A stretch of 64,000 nucleotides of DNA from Macrostomum lignano (Eukaryota), in contig NIVC01002095.1 of assembly GCA_002269645.1 (NCBI GenBank), positions 1 through 64,000 of the forward strand, given 5' to 3'. The notes beneath the pieces were generated by a model. That model saw only the letters and a list, made by a program, of their open reading frames with translations. It was not told the DNA's origin and ran no database searches. Made by a program: the position numbers and the translations under genes. Each line of letters begins with the position of its first letter. The first letter of the stretch is position 1. This document shows positions 12,975-26,187 of the stretch, one piece after another.

Positions 12975-13184
12975 ATTTGAATATTGCTGCAAAGGAAAGT
13001 TGTAAGCTAAAACTAGTTCATATAAAATTACAACTAAAACCAAATAATAAGGTAGGCCCCCTATATGACAAATTAGAATATAGAATTTATAAATAATAAT
13101 AATTAACATCCTAAAAGTATTTGTGACATTTATAAATTTGTTAAATGATAGATGCTAGATAATTTTTTTTCAAGCATTAAAAAC

Positions 13185-13280
13185 TGGGTTTTTGAGCATA
13201 AAGTGTACATACAAACATTCTGAATTTTGAAATTTCCCCCTAAATTGAAAAGTAGGTTTAGTTTAAGTGCAGTCTCATAA
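13185..13280 (+). mobile_element. Degenerate fragment of the MITE at 15144
   Basis: CTGGGTTTTTGAGCATAAAGTGTACAT...AAAAGTAGGTTTAGTTTAAGTGCAGTCT aligns by eye with the left ~95 bp of the 15144 element. Confidence 0.55.
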
Positions 13281-15143
13281 CTTATGTTCTTTGTATAGAA
13301 CAGCTGCTTCTTACCCCCCTTCTTTAAATCTGTCCCTGAAGCCAGAGAGCTATATTAATACAGTACTATAAAAAGGGCCTGTCAACATAAGCCTATAAAA
13401 TGGAGCCTAATTAGCCTACTCTATCAAGCTATGTATACAAATGATAGGCCTATCATTCTCTTTACAGTGATATTAGCAAGCTAGGTTTATCAAAAAAGGC
13501 AACAATAATTAGACTTGGGTTAGGATAAAGGACAACAAGCAAGGGGATAATTAGGGACTCTACTTTATAAGCTTAAGTTAACATATAATAATCCAATTAT
13601 CCTCTTGCTTGTTCTACCAAGTCCAATCTTTGTTGTTTTTTGCTAAATGCAGTTCTTAGTATCATTGTGAGCAGAATGATATATTATTTGTTACATAGGT
13701 TACTTGGGCTCTACTTTATGTCTATGAGCTTAAGTTGATAGGCCCTTAGGCTCTTTCCTATTCCTAGCCCTTTAAAAAACCCAATTTATTGTTTGGTTTG
13801 GGTTGGGCAATTTGATAACAGACAATGACAAAAAATAACAAAAAGCATATTAGGCCTAGCCTTTTGACAAATATCTCCTATTCTTAAATGTATGCTAGAA
13901 AATTTTGATATATAGATAATAGACTTAAAAATATGCTTAGTGTGTAATATCCTATTTTTGGTAATATCTATCTGCAATAAATTGCACAATTGCACTAGAC
14001 TGGCATATGGTATAACATATCTATACCTTCTTGATAGTTGCTAGCATACTTGATACATCATTCGCATTTTTTTTCTAAATCTAATATAAACTTAACTTTT
14101 TGGCATATACCCTTCTATGTAATAGATTTGAGATGAGAGTATAACAAACATGCATCAATTTTCTAGGACTACAACTCTAACTAACAACCTGATCTGATGA
14201 TTCTTAATTTCCCTAAGTAATGATAAGGTGGCAATCTTCTTGTTGGTTTTGCAATATTATTTGCTTGTTTATTTTAGTTTAAAATGGTATGTCAATATAT
14301 TAAAACATCAGAAAATGATACCTACAGCCAAAACTGATATAAAATAGAAGCAGACGAGTAACAGTAACAGTTTGGGGGGGGGGGTGGAAAACAGAGGATC
14401 TGGTTACAGTACAGAGGATAATAATGCAACATTCAATATAGCACAGCGCCAAATGCTGCGCCAGGGTATAGGTGGCACCACAGAAATTCCTCAGATAGCC
14501 AGTGATATCAAAATGTCTTTAACAGTGCAATTTCGCATCCCTTTTGGCCATAGACATCATTTTCTAATGTGTTATTACATTGCAGCACCATATAAAACTT
14601 AAGAATAATACCATGAAACAAACTAGAAGATTGCCAATAAGGTAATTATTAAGTTAGAATTTGATATTATAATTTATAGGCCTATTATAGATGCATTCTG
14701 TGTAAGATAACCTATTGACATAGGCAATGCTAGATGGACACTTCCAAACAGAGAATTAGGTCTAGATCTCAAGCCAATAAAGCTAGGCCTCTATATTATC
14801 ATTTATCAATAGGCCCTAACTCTAGTCTAAATTTTGCTATTAATAATAGTAGGCATTTCATAAATTTCAAATTGCAAATTTCATAAATTGGATCAGGCTA
14901 TCAGGGGTAGAACCAGTCCTAGTCAACCTAGCCTTGGCCAAAAAATGTTGGACCATAGGCCTAGGCCTACTATAGTTCATACACTTACCAGGGGTTAGTG
15001 AAATGGGTGGCAACACCTCCTCACTGTTTCCCAACACATGGAGCCCCCTGTAGCTAAGTCAAGTAAGTCAATAGTTCATACATAGGCCATAGGCTTCATA
15101 ATATTAGCTTGTAGTTTTTTTGTTAGGAATTATGTTTCGTACT

Positions 15144-15474
15144 CAGGGTTTTTTTGTGCGCAGAGTGTGCATATGCACCCTAAATTTTAAAATCGCACCC
15201 TGAAATTAAAAAAGTAGGTGCAGTTTAGGTGCGGTCTGTTATAGTATTTTTCATCATGTTACTATTTATCAAAGCAGCGATCTGAAGACGAGATAACAGA
15301 CAAGAGGTCAATGCATTCTTTGTACAAAGATGTATAGACATAAGACATGTCTATATATTCCCAGTTGTCTGAAACAAGACTCAAGAGAAATTGCACTCTG
15401 AGCCTTAAAATCGCACCTTGAAATTTGGTACAAGGTGCGATTTCGCACCTTGTCTCTGGCAAAAAAAAACCCAG
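15144..15474. mobile_element. Non-autonomous hAT-type MITE (331 bp)
   Basis: Ends are CAGGGTTTTTTTG...CAAAAAAAAACCCAG (imperfect TIR), with an exact 8-bp TSD TTCGTACT at 15136-15143 and 15475-15482. Internal repeated AAATCGCACC/GGTGCGATTT motifs. Confidence 0.88.
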
Positions 15475-16191
15475 TTCGTACTATATTTAAAAATTTTTGT
15501 CGAAGGATTGATATATAATTACACACTACTACACTAATTGACTAACATATACTAATATATAATATACTAATATTTACACTAATATATAAGAAAGAAATGA
15601 AACTAAATCTTTTTGAATTGTCCCAGAGTATTCAGATACATAAACCATAAACCTAATAGAGAATCCTCATGAAATGCCGACCACGAGAAAAGCAGAGATA
15701 TGTTCACAGTGCTAGTTCAGTAGTAGTAGTAGTAGTAAGTTGGCTCAAGCAAGAAGCCTGTTTGGCCAGTATATTTCTGTGTATTTAAGTTATTTTAGTA
15801 TTAGTTGTTTAAATACGATCAAGTTCAAAAGGTTAAATTTGTTCAAAAGGTTAAATTTTTAGACGAGTTACGATGCGAGTTACGATATTTGTAAAATTAT
15901 TAAGGTATTTGAAAGAGCGTTTTTTGTAAAAAGATGTATTTTGCAAGTGCGCAATATTTCAAAGCGTGAAAAACGAAAGAAAAATGAACAAAAACGTGAA
16001 CAAAAACGAACTTCGAAAGAACTTTACGTTAAACGAATAACGACGATTTAAATAGGTATTAGATAGGAAACTAATTAAATACTAATTAAATGCTAATTAA
16101 ATAGGAAATTAAAAAGACAGTAAATGAATAAACAAAAGAAAAGCGGATTTATTACACTGCTGATATGTCTGTTTCAGTTTGCATAACTGTT

Positions 16192-19100
16192 TTAGCTATT
16201 CATGACTTCATATATTTTAGCTACACCAGTGAGCTCTTTTCTGACTCTTTTTTCATTTGTAGCATATCCTAACTTGTGTACTTGCTTGTCATTTAAGAGG
16301 TACTGACAGAAGTATTTTTTTCTGAACTTTTCAGTTTGTGGACATTTGGTCAAGTAGTGTAGGATATCGGAACCATTTCTCGCTCCACACAGTCTACATG
16401 CTTCATGAGAGAAAATGTTGGGTGTAATTTCGCATTTCAGTTTTAGGAGGGTTGTTAGGAATTTTTTGTTTCTAAAAGTGCATGGAAAGTAATCTGAAAG
16501 GTCAGGCCTGCAGATTTTTTTGTAGAGATAGGTGTTTTTGTAGAGTTTAATATGTTGCTGATTCTCTAGCTTTTGGCTAAGTTCTCTTTCTCTGCGTATC
16601 TTGAGGTGCTTTTTCACTAGGTATTTCTCGTTATTAAAGCTTTGGGAAAGTTTATCTTCAGTTAGTGCTTTTAAGTCTATACTTTCTAGTTTCTTTAGTA
16701 CATTTGTTTTCCATGGATTTTTTTGGCTGGTGTTTGAGTAGAAAATTTCTAGTGTCGTTTGGCAAAGTTTTTGGTGTCTAATCTTCAGCCAGTAGGTAAG
16801 GTAGGTTTTAGCGATTCGTTGGGAGATTGGAGTAAGCTCAAGTTCTGATGATATCACACTGTTGCTAGCAAATTTTGGTAGATTGAGGAGATATTTGTAG
16901 AATTTCAGCTGGATGTTATCAATAGCTTTTGTTTCAGAAATGGTAGCCAGAGGGCCCCAGAGCTCACAGCCGTACGTGATAACGGGAGTGACAAGCGCGT
17001 CGAATAGTCTGCGAATGAGTGTGATGTCCAGGGACATATTTTTTACCTTGTGGAGTAGGGAAAACATAGCTGAATATCCCTGCTTAGTTTGATGCTCAAT
17101 ACATTTTTTAAAGCTGTTTTTTGGTTCAAAAATAATTCCCAGGTATTTAAATTCATTTACTTCCTCTATTTCTTGGTTGTCGTAGATTATTTTTGTAGCA
17201 AAGCTTTCTGTGTCGTTTTTTTGTCTGGTACTGCCCTGCATAAACTTTGTTTTGCTTGCATTTACTTTCAAGTAGTTTTGCTTGCAGTAATTTTCCATAG
17301 TCGTAAATGTGTCTTGAAGTTCGTCTTTGTTTTTAGCTAGAATGGCTTGATTGTCTGCAAAGAGCAGGATGAGTGGGAAAGCAGATCTCGTAAGAGAGCG
17401 CCTAGCGCTAGAGAGTTCAAGATATTCAACAATGTCGTCAATATATAGTTTAAAAAGGATGGTAAAGAGAGGGTTGCCTTGAAGAACACCTTTAGATATT
17501 GGGATTGGCTGGGTTTCATCATCATCATCATCTTTTTTTAGAATGAAACAGGCATTTTTATGCATGTTCTTGATAAGTTCCGTCATTTGACCTTTAATAC
17601 CCTGGTTATCTGTTTTGTGCCAAAGGGTCGGTTGATTTAAGCTATCGAAGGCTTTTTCATAGTCAACAAATCCGATAAAGAGTTCTTCTTTGTTGTAGAT
17701 GGATTGGTTTATAATGTTGTAAAGATTAAAACATTGGTCGATTGTGCTGTGATTGGGCTTGAAACCGTATTGGTATTTTGATATAAGATTGTTAGCGTAT
17801 GCAAGGTTTTCGAGTCTGGATTTAATAATTTGGCAAAAGAGCTTGCCAAAAATTGGTTGAATGCAGATTCCTCTGTAATTGTTGGGGTCGGCACTGCTGC
17901 CTTTGTTTTTATAAATCGGATGAAGTGTATTTGTAATCCAACTAGTTGGGAAGGTTCCTTGTTTGAGTGCTTCATTGAAAAGTGAGCATAGGAGGTCAGT
18001 AAGTTCCTTTTCAAGGTATTTGAGTGTTTCTACATATACTTTATCGTGCCCAGGTGCTTTGTCAGTTTTGAGCTTTTTAATATGTTTTATAACTTCTTCT
18101 TTGGTGAATGGGGCATTGAAATCCTCTAAATCAGCCAGAATAGGGTTGTCAAGGTGAAGATTGTATGATAGTCTAATGCTACTGTCTTGTTCAGTTACAA
18201 GATTTTGAAAGTGTATGACAAATTTTTCGTCGATTGCTGCATTGTTATTGGGGCGGTTATGTGGTTTCAGTAAGCGCCAAAGTTGTCTTGTATCATTTTG
18301 AATATAAGCCTGGTTGATCATGTTTTCTGCACACAGGATTGATTCATGTTTCCAAGAAATCAAGCTTTTTTCATATGTTTTTTTAAGCTATATTTTGGAT
18401 GCGAGGTTGCTACTTGTGGGGAACATCTTATATCTTCTGCTGGCATGCCTGGTGGCATTTCTCAGGTCTTTAAGAAATTGTGGCAATGCTGAACAGAGAG
18501 GGTTTTTTGTTTCTACTGTGATTTTACTTTGGATTTGCTGAACTTTCTTGCTTAAATTATGGATGAAAGCTGGGTTTTGCATGTCGACATTTGGAATTTT
18601 ATTCTCCAGATCCTTTAGATCATCTGAGAAGCAATTGATATGTTTTTCTTGTTGTGGGATGGGTTTATCTAGTTTTTTTAGTATCCGGAATTTTGTTCTT
18701 TGGTTATTGGTTGCTTGTTTTGTTTCTGTAATCTCTGCTGTGAATTTACATGATAATGAGAGTATAATTTGATTGTGGTCACTAAGGTAAGTATGGTTTC
18801 TTACTTTAAAGTCTTCAAAGTGCTCAAGTAAGTTGCTAGAGACAAAACAGAGGTCAATTACAGATGAACCAGTTTTGGAGATAAAGGTAAGTGTTCCAGT
18901 TGCATCAGATAGGGATCTACCATTGATTATATGCAGGTTATATGAGTTTGTGATTTGGTTTAGGCCTAATAATCTATCACTTTTACAGGTTTTTTTGTCT
19001 TGGCTTTGCCTATAGAGTAAGATATTTTTTGTCTTTAAAGTGCTTATTCTATGCAAATCTATATGAGCAGTATTGTAAGTATGTGCATTAAAATCTCCCA

Positions 19101-19863
19101 CCAGGATTATGTTTTCTTCAGAATGATGTGCATCAAGTATTAGTGCTAACTGTTCCCAAGACTCTTCTTCATAGTATTTTGAAGATGTTGGTAGTATGTA
19201 AGAGTTGATAACAGTAAAATTTTTGCTTTTGTCCTTTTTGTTTTTAAAGTTTAATGTCAAAAAATTGTTGTAGTTATGGAATGACTCAGTCACATTGAAA
19301 TGTGTTTCTAGTGATTTTTGATAAGCAGTCAGTACATGCTTGGGCGCAACCTTGGGATTCACTCGGCCGTTTCTATTGGCAACACACACATGTAAGTCGC
19401 TATTGGACGGAATAGTAGTCACGTGACTGCTCTCAGCCAATAGCGACTTACATGTGTGTGTTGCCAATAGAAACAGCCGGGTGATTCCCAAATTTGCGCA
19501 TGTATGAGTCAATAGGCTGCCAGATGCCCTACCAGTAGAACTGCTTCCTTTTTTGTTTGCAGACTTTTGGAAAATTGTGTAGTTGTCACGCAATTTGTCA
19601 GTGCTGAGAAGCCTATCATTGCTTTTTGTATCAATTATCCAAGTTTCTTGAAGGCAGAAAATATCATGCTTAAAAATTGGCTCAGCTTCTAACAATTCAA
19701 GTTTGGGAATCATCACTGAGTCTTTTATAGTATAAAGTCCTGTAATATTCCAACTGCTAATTGTGAAATTTTGTTTAATCTTTTTAATATTGAGTTCAGA
19801 GAGTTTTGATTTAGTATTTTGAGATATTTTTATGTTCCTATGAGTGATACTATTCTTAATCAA
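16192..19863 (-). pseudogene. LINE ORF2 (endonuclease-reverse transcriptase), inactivated
   Basis: In-frame TAG at 18388-18390; catalytic FADD appears as FADN and QGDPLSP as QGNPLFT; 60-codon insertion in the APE domain. Confidence 0.9.
19332..19506. mobile_element. 175-bp palindromic (fold-back) insertion, MITE-like, inside LINE endonuclease
   Basis: Arms GCGCAACCTTGGGATTCACTCGGCCGTTTCTATTGGCAACACACACATGTAAGTCGCTATTGG and CCAATAGCGACTTACATGTGTGTGTTGCCAATAGAAACAGCCGGGTGATTCCCAAATTTGCGC flank a central AGTCACGTGACT. Flanked by direct repeat AGTCA at 19327-19331 and 19507-19511. Confidence 0.85.
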
Positions 19864-20816
19864 GATAAGATAATCTCTAGTGTACTGAATCCGCTTCTTT
19901 TTAGTCCTATTAGCATAAGTAGATTTATTGATACATCTAGTATCAAAAAGGTCGAAAGTCGATGAAGTTCAAAAAGCTTTGATGAAGGGGACTCCCTTCT
20001 TATAGACAATTCGAATGTTATTCTCACCATCTTCTTTCCGTTTTTTCAGCTCTTTGATGACCTTCTGCTTGTACGTACGTTCCTTCTCTGTTAGGTCGTT
20101 CTCTATTCTGACTCTGATTCTGACTCTGCATTCAACCAATTTTTGGCAAGCTCTTTTGCCAAATTATTAAATCACGTTTGGATTGGAAAACATATTCAAA
20201 AGACCGCAACTCTGGAATTGTAAATAAACAAATTTAAATGAAGCAATACTAACACTATTGCTATTGGATATTGATTTGCACTTATAAAGCTATAATATAA
20301 CAATAACAGTAAACACTAGGGGCCTAATACTATACTAATAGGAAAGGACAAAGGCTTTGTCAACCAATAAAACTATGGCAGTATGTATAGTATTTATTAA
20401 TTAATCAATTTTATTAAAGCACTTGGCTAGGCCTATCATAGGCCGCCTATGCTATAGGTGTAGCTTGATAGCTAGCTACTGCCTACTAAAAACAAAAGCT
20501 TTGACTAGAGCCTAGGTAGGCAAGGCCTAGAGATTGCAATAGGCCTAGTATTAGGTAAGTGCCCAAAGGAAATGGGGATAACTGAAAACAGGCCAAGCCG
20601 GAGTCGGCCTGCATCCGGCCTGGATTTTTTTTTGAATTTCTCTGACCGTTTGCCCACATAAACAAATAATTTCTTTATTTCCTTGTGTCTGCGCGTAGTA
20701 TTCACCATTTTATAAGCAAAAATCACAGCCTGGTAATAGATTAGGGGCCTATTCCCTATTTTGTGCCTTGTTTTTATTTTTATTTTATTCTTCTCCCCTT
20801 GTTCAGGTACTGCCGA

Positions 20817-23800
20817 TTGTTATCTATCTAGAATAAATATATCTAGTCTATGAAGAACATGAAATTTTTGTTCCTTCATGTTCCATATATTATTGTCTAT
20901 ATTTTTGTGCTGAAAGTAGAATACTCATCTCTACATATAAAAATCAAAACTCTGTCTGTCTGTGTGTCTGTGTGTGGACAATTTTGATCGCTATGGACTC
21001 CCAAACCGCTCAACCAAATGACACCAAATTTTACACCCACCCTAAACTCACTACGGAAAATGTCTTAGGCTACCTTTAAATTTCCTAAATTTGAGTCTTC
21101 CTACCTAAAAGTGCAAAAAACTGCTCAAAATGCGCGATTTTTTTACTAAAGCCTCCTTAGCGCCGCTCCACTTCTACCGATCCTCTTCAAATTTGACACA
21201 ATCAATTTTCAACTATTTTGACACAATCGTGTAAAATTTCAAATCTCAAAGTTAATCCTGAAAGCCGCTGTGCACTTTTAAAGTTAGGCTGTTTTTTTCA
21301 GCGAGGCAGCCACCCCAACCTCCGCCCGCCTGCCTCTCTTTCCCGATCTGGGCAAAGGGTGTGAATCAGGTTTTAAAATGCCTAACTTTCGGTTGCCATA
21401 AGTTTGCTCCACGTGAAGCGATTGACTTCTAACTTAGCACAATTCTTCTTTGATTCATTCTCTGTCTAAATGTAAAGTTTCAACTCTCTAACTCAATCAG
21501 AACAGAAACTGTAAGCATGTGAAGTTTGTCTGCTTTTTCTGTTGTTTGTGCCACTCACTCACTCATTCCCCAGAGCCAGACGAAGGGTCAGGCGATAGGG
21601 CTCAATGTACATAGCGAGTGTACAGTGTTTTGGAATAACTTTTTAATAGCCTTCTCTGTACCCGCGACTGCGATTAGAGAGGCGTGGAGAGGAGAGACAG
21701 TTTAGCGAGAGATTCAAACCACTGTCCTCTGTATAGACAAGTCTGCAGCAGTTTAACTGTGGATGGCAAATCAAGAGTCAAGACAATGGTGGGATGGTTT
21801 GTAAAAATAGCGAAAAATGAATTAATAACAACTGATTACAATGCAATTCTACTAAATCAGTTAGTTACAGCATGAAGCTTTCAACATTAAAATTCGCATA
21901 AGGTAACTTTAAAATTTAAATGGCTCCTAAGAAATGCGTATTTCCCTTGGTTGTTAGACTGCTGCAGAGTGCAGACTTTGGTGGTGGAGCTGGAGATACA
22001 CAAATTTCTCTCAAGGGCTGCTAATTGGCCAGAAAGATGACGTGATTAAAGCATGAGAAATGATAACAACCATGATAGTATTACTTCCCATGCACAAACC
22101 GGCTTTCGAAGCAGGGATCGGCAGATTTTTATCTCAAAGGCCAGATAAAGAATCCAGCTCATGGCTGCGGGCCAGATGAGAGTGAAAAGGAAAAGGAATA
22201 GACTATTAGAGAGGGAGGAGGGGCGAGAGGGGGATAAGAGAAAAGATAGAAGATATCAGGAGAGACGAGGGGGTGAGGAGAGAGCAGAGAATATGGGAGG
22301 AAGAAGCGAGAGAAGGGGAGAGAGGAGGGAGAGGAAAGAGTAGAGGTGAGAAGAGGGAGAGAGAAGAATGGAGAGAGGAGACATGATCGATGAGAGAGGA
22401 AAGTAGAGAAGAGTGAGAAGAGATGAGAGAGGATCAAGAGGAGAGATTAGAAAGGTAGAGAAGAGAGGAGATAAGAGGGGGAGAGAGGGGAAGAGAGAGG
22501 AGTGAGAAGAGAGGAGATAAGAGATGAGAGAGTTGAGAAAGAAGACAGGAGAAAGGAGAGATGATAGAGTAAAAGGAAGAGGAGGAGAGAGGAAATAGAT
22601 TATATTGCACAGATGAGGGAGATGAAAGGAAAAATGAGAGAGTAGCGATGGGAGATGAAGGAAGAGAGAGCAGAATACAGAGAGACAAGAGAAGAGAATA
22701 GAGGGGAGAGAGTATACAAGAGGGAAGAGAAGAGAGGAGTAGGAAAGAGAGGAGTCAGAAGAGGAGAAAGAAAGAGTACACAGGAGATAGGAGAGTAGAG
22801 ACGATAGAAGAGAGAGGGGAATGAGAGAGCAAAGATGAGTGTGAACAAAGGATACATGAGAGGAGAGAGGAGAATGGAGAGAGAAGAGAGAAGACAAGAG
22901 AGGGAGAGAGTATAGAAGAGGGAAGAGAAGAGGCGAGAAGAAAGAAGAAAGGAAAGAGAGTCCTGAGTCAAAAAATGGGAAAGAGAAGAATACAAGAGGA
23001 GAGAGGTGAGAGAACATATGAGAGTAAAAACGACAGATGACAGAAGGGAGATGAGATAGCGGAAACGAGAGTCAACAGACGAGAGATGGGAGAGTAGAGA
23101 GAAAAGAGGAGAGATAAGAAATAAGCGATGAGAGGTGGAGACAAGGGAGAGATGAGAAGTGAGTGAGGAGAGAGGAGGGGAGGGGAGAGAATCTGAGTGA
23201 GGAGAGAGGAGGGGAGGGGAGAGAATCTGAGTGAGGAGAGAGGATGGGAGGGGAGAGAATCGAGAGGCCAGGGGAAATTGGTGTAAAGGAGAAGATAGGA
23301 GAGGAAAGAGGGGAGAGATTAGAGAGAAGAGAGATGAGAGGAGAAAAGGGGGAGAGGAGAGAGAGCAGATAGAAATGAGAAAAGAGAAGACAGAGAAGAT
23401 AAAAGAAGAGAAATGAGAGATAAGAGAGGAAAGAAGAGAAAACTGAGAGGTGAGGGAAGAGACGATAGAAGAGATGAGAGGAGAGAGTGGACAGAGGAGA
23501 GGAGAGAGTTGAGAGAAGAGAGGAAAAAGGAGAGAGGAGAGATGAGGGAAGTGTTGAGAGAGAGTACAGTAAAGAGTGAGAAGAGGGGAGAGGGAACAGA
23601 GAGTAGAGAGCAGAGAGAAGAGAGAGCAGAGAAGAGAGAGTAGAGAGCAGAAAGAAATGAGAAGAGATAAAAGAGGAGAAAGGAGATTTTTTAGATCAAA
23701 GACCAGAAAGAAGAGAGGAGGAGAGAGAAAAGAATAGACGGGAGAGGGAAGAGACGAGAGAAGAGGGGAGAGAGGAGAGAGGAGAGGTGAGAGACGAGAG

Positions 23801-26150
23801 AGAAGATAGGAAACAGAAGAGAAGATAGAAGTTTCAAAGGATACAAGGGACATAGGGAGAAGCAGAGGTAGAGGCCAGAGTTTGCCTGACATTCTGGGCA
23901 GCACCCCAGCTAATAATTTCAATATTTGCCACAAATCCTAATTTTACATGAATGTACTCTATTTTATTTTTAGCTCTATCCTAAATTACTAACTATTAAT
24001 AAGTTTTTGTTTAAGTATGACTTCCGATTGTAGAATACACGCAAAAATAGTTCCAGGGATTGGAGTTCCCCGGGTTCAAAATCCGCGGGTTTCAACAGCT
24101 TGTCTCTACCTATAAAAATCAAAACTCTGTCTGTCTGTCTGTGTGTGGACAATTTTGATCGCTATGGACTCCCAAACCGCTCAACCAAATGACACCAAAC
24201 TTTACACCCACCCTAAACTTACTACGGAGAATGTCTTAGGCTACCTTTAAATTTCCTAAATTTGAGTCTTCCTACCTAAAAGTGCAAAAAACTGCTCAAA
24301 ATGCGCGATTTTTTTACTAAAGCCTCCTTAGCGCCGCTCCACTTCTACCGATCCTCTTCAAATTTGACACAATCAATTTTCAACTATTTTGACACAATCG
24401 TGAAAAATTTCGAGTCTCAAAGTTAATCCTGAACGGCGCTGTGCACTTTTAAAGTTTGGCTGTTTTTTTCAGCGAGACAGCCACCCCAACCTCCGCCGCC
24501 TGCCTCTTTCCCGATCTGGGCAAAGGGTGTAAATGGGTTTTAAAATGACTAACTTTCGGCTGCCATAAGTTTGCTCCACGTGAAGCGATTGACTTCTAAC
24601 TTAACACAATTCTTCTTTGATTCATTCTCTGTCTAAATGTAAAGTTTCAACTCTCTAACTCAATCAGAACAGAAACTGTAAGCATGTGAAGTTTGTCTGC
24701 TTTTTCTGTTGTTTGTGCCACTCACTCACTCATTTCCCCAGCCCAGACGAAGGGTCAGGCGATAGAACTGAATGTACATAGCAAATGTACAGTGTTTTGG
24801 AATAACTTTATTTATAGCCTTCTCTGCACCCGAGAGTGGAGAGGCTACGTTTAGCCATGACAGTTTAGTGAGAAATTCTAACCACTGTCCTCTGTATTGG
24901 CAAACTCTGCAGCAGTTTAACAGTGGATGGCAAATCGAGGGAATCCAGCATGGTTTGTAAAAGCGAAAGATTTATGAAAAGGCGATGCGATGCAATGCAA
25001 TACAACCCTACTAAATTAGTCACACCATGGAAAATTTAGGTTTCTCTTAAAAGTACTTTAAATTTTAAATGTCCTAAGAAATGCGTATTTCCTTGGTTGT
25101 TAGACTGATGCAGACTGCAGTGGAGCTGAAGATACACAAATTATTTTCAGGGCTTGCAAATTGGCAAGAAAGATGACATGATCAAAGCATGAGAACAGCC
25201 ATAAGAGTACTACGTCCCACAAACTGGCTTTCCAAGCAGGAATGGGCAGACTTTTACCTCAAAGGCCAGAAAAGAATCCAGCTTATGGCTGAGGGGCAGT
25301 TGAGAGTGGAGAGAAGAAGGAATAGACTATTCGAAAAGAGAGGAGAGGTGAGAGAGAGAATAAGAGAAAAGATAAAAGATAATAGAAGAGATGAGGGAGC
25401 GAGGACGATGAGAGGAGAGAGTAGAGGAAAGAGTAGAGTAGAGTAGAGAGGAGAGAGTAGAGCGAGTAGAGGAGCGAGTAGAGAGGAGAGAGTAGAGCGA
25501 GTAGAGAGAGAGTAGAGGAGCGAGTAGAGAGGAGAGAGCAGAGAGCTGCAGATGAGAGGAGAGCAGAGAGAAGAGCAGAGAGGAGTTAGTAAAGAGGAGA
25601 AAGGAGAGATGAGAAATGAGAGATGAGAGATAAAGGAGGAGAGTGGAGAGAGAAGAGACGAGACAAGAGAGGGAGAGAGTATATAGAAGAGGGAAGAGAA
25701 GAGAAGAGAAGAGAAGAAAGGAGAAAGGAAAGAGTACAGAGAGGACAGAATGAGAGAACATATAAGACAGTAAAGATGACAGATGAAAGAGGGGGGATGA
25801 GCTGAGAGCAGAGACGAAAATGAACAGACGAGAGATGGAGAGTAGAGAGAACAGAGGAGAGATTACAGAGAAGAGATTACAGAGACGAGAGGAGAGATAA
25901 AGGGAGAGAGAAGTGAGTGAGGCGAGAGGAGAGAAAAGAGGAGAATGGAGGGGGGAAGCAGAGAGAGAGGGGGGAAGCAGAGAGAGAGGGGGGAAGCAGA
26001 GAGAGAGAGAGGGGGGAAGCAGAGAGAGGGGGAAGCAGAGAGAGGGGGGAGCAGAGAGAGAGGGGGAAGCAGAGAGAGAGAGAGGGGGGGAAGCAGAGAG
26101 AGAGAGAGAGAGGGGGGAAGCAGAGAGAGAGAGAGAGAGAGAGGGGGGAA

Positions 26151-26187
<37 letters not shown>

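Larger units (their letters stand above)
15720..20220 (-). mobile_element. 5'-truncated LINE non-LTR retrotransposon (APE endonuclease + RT; RTE-X/L2-like, clade uncertain)
   Basis: ORF1 C-terminal remnant at ~20110-19985 (RVRIENDLTEKERTYKQKVIKELKKRKEDGENNIRI). ORF2 19863-16192 is one frame with a single TAG at 18388. APE motifs: SWNITG, FCLQETW, GDFNAH, IDLCF, SDH. RT motifs: KAPGHDK, NYRGI, QYGFK, FVDYEKAFDS, GVLQG, FADN, YLG. C-terminal CRLC..HYLTKCP; (TAC)n tail at ~15720-15737. Confidence 0.93.

Noticed and set aside
22112-23896. hAT-like (CAGGGATCGGCA...GAGTTTGCC) element nested in each Helitron unit
   Set aside because: The ends resemble Charlie/MER58-type termini, but the TIR match is poor and no 8-bp TSD is found; not supportable as a feature.
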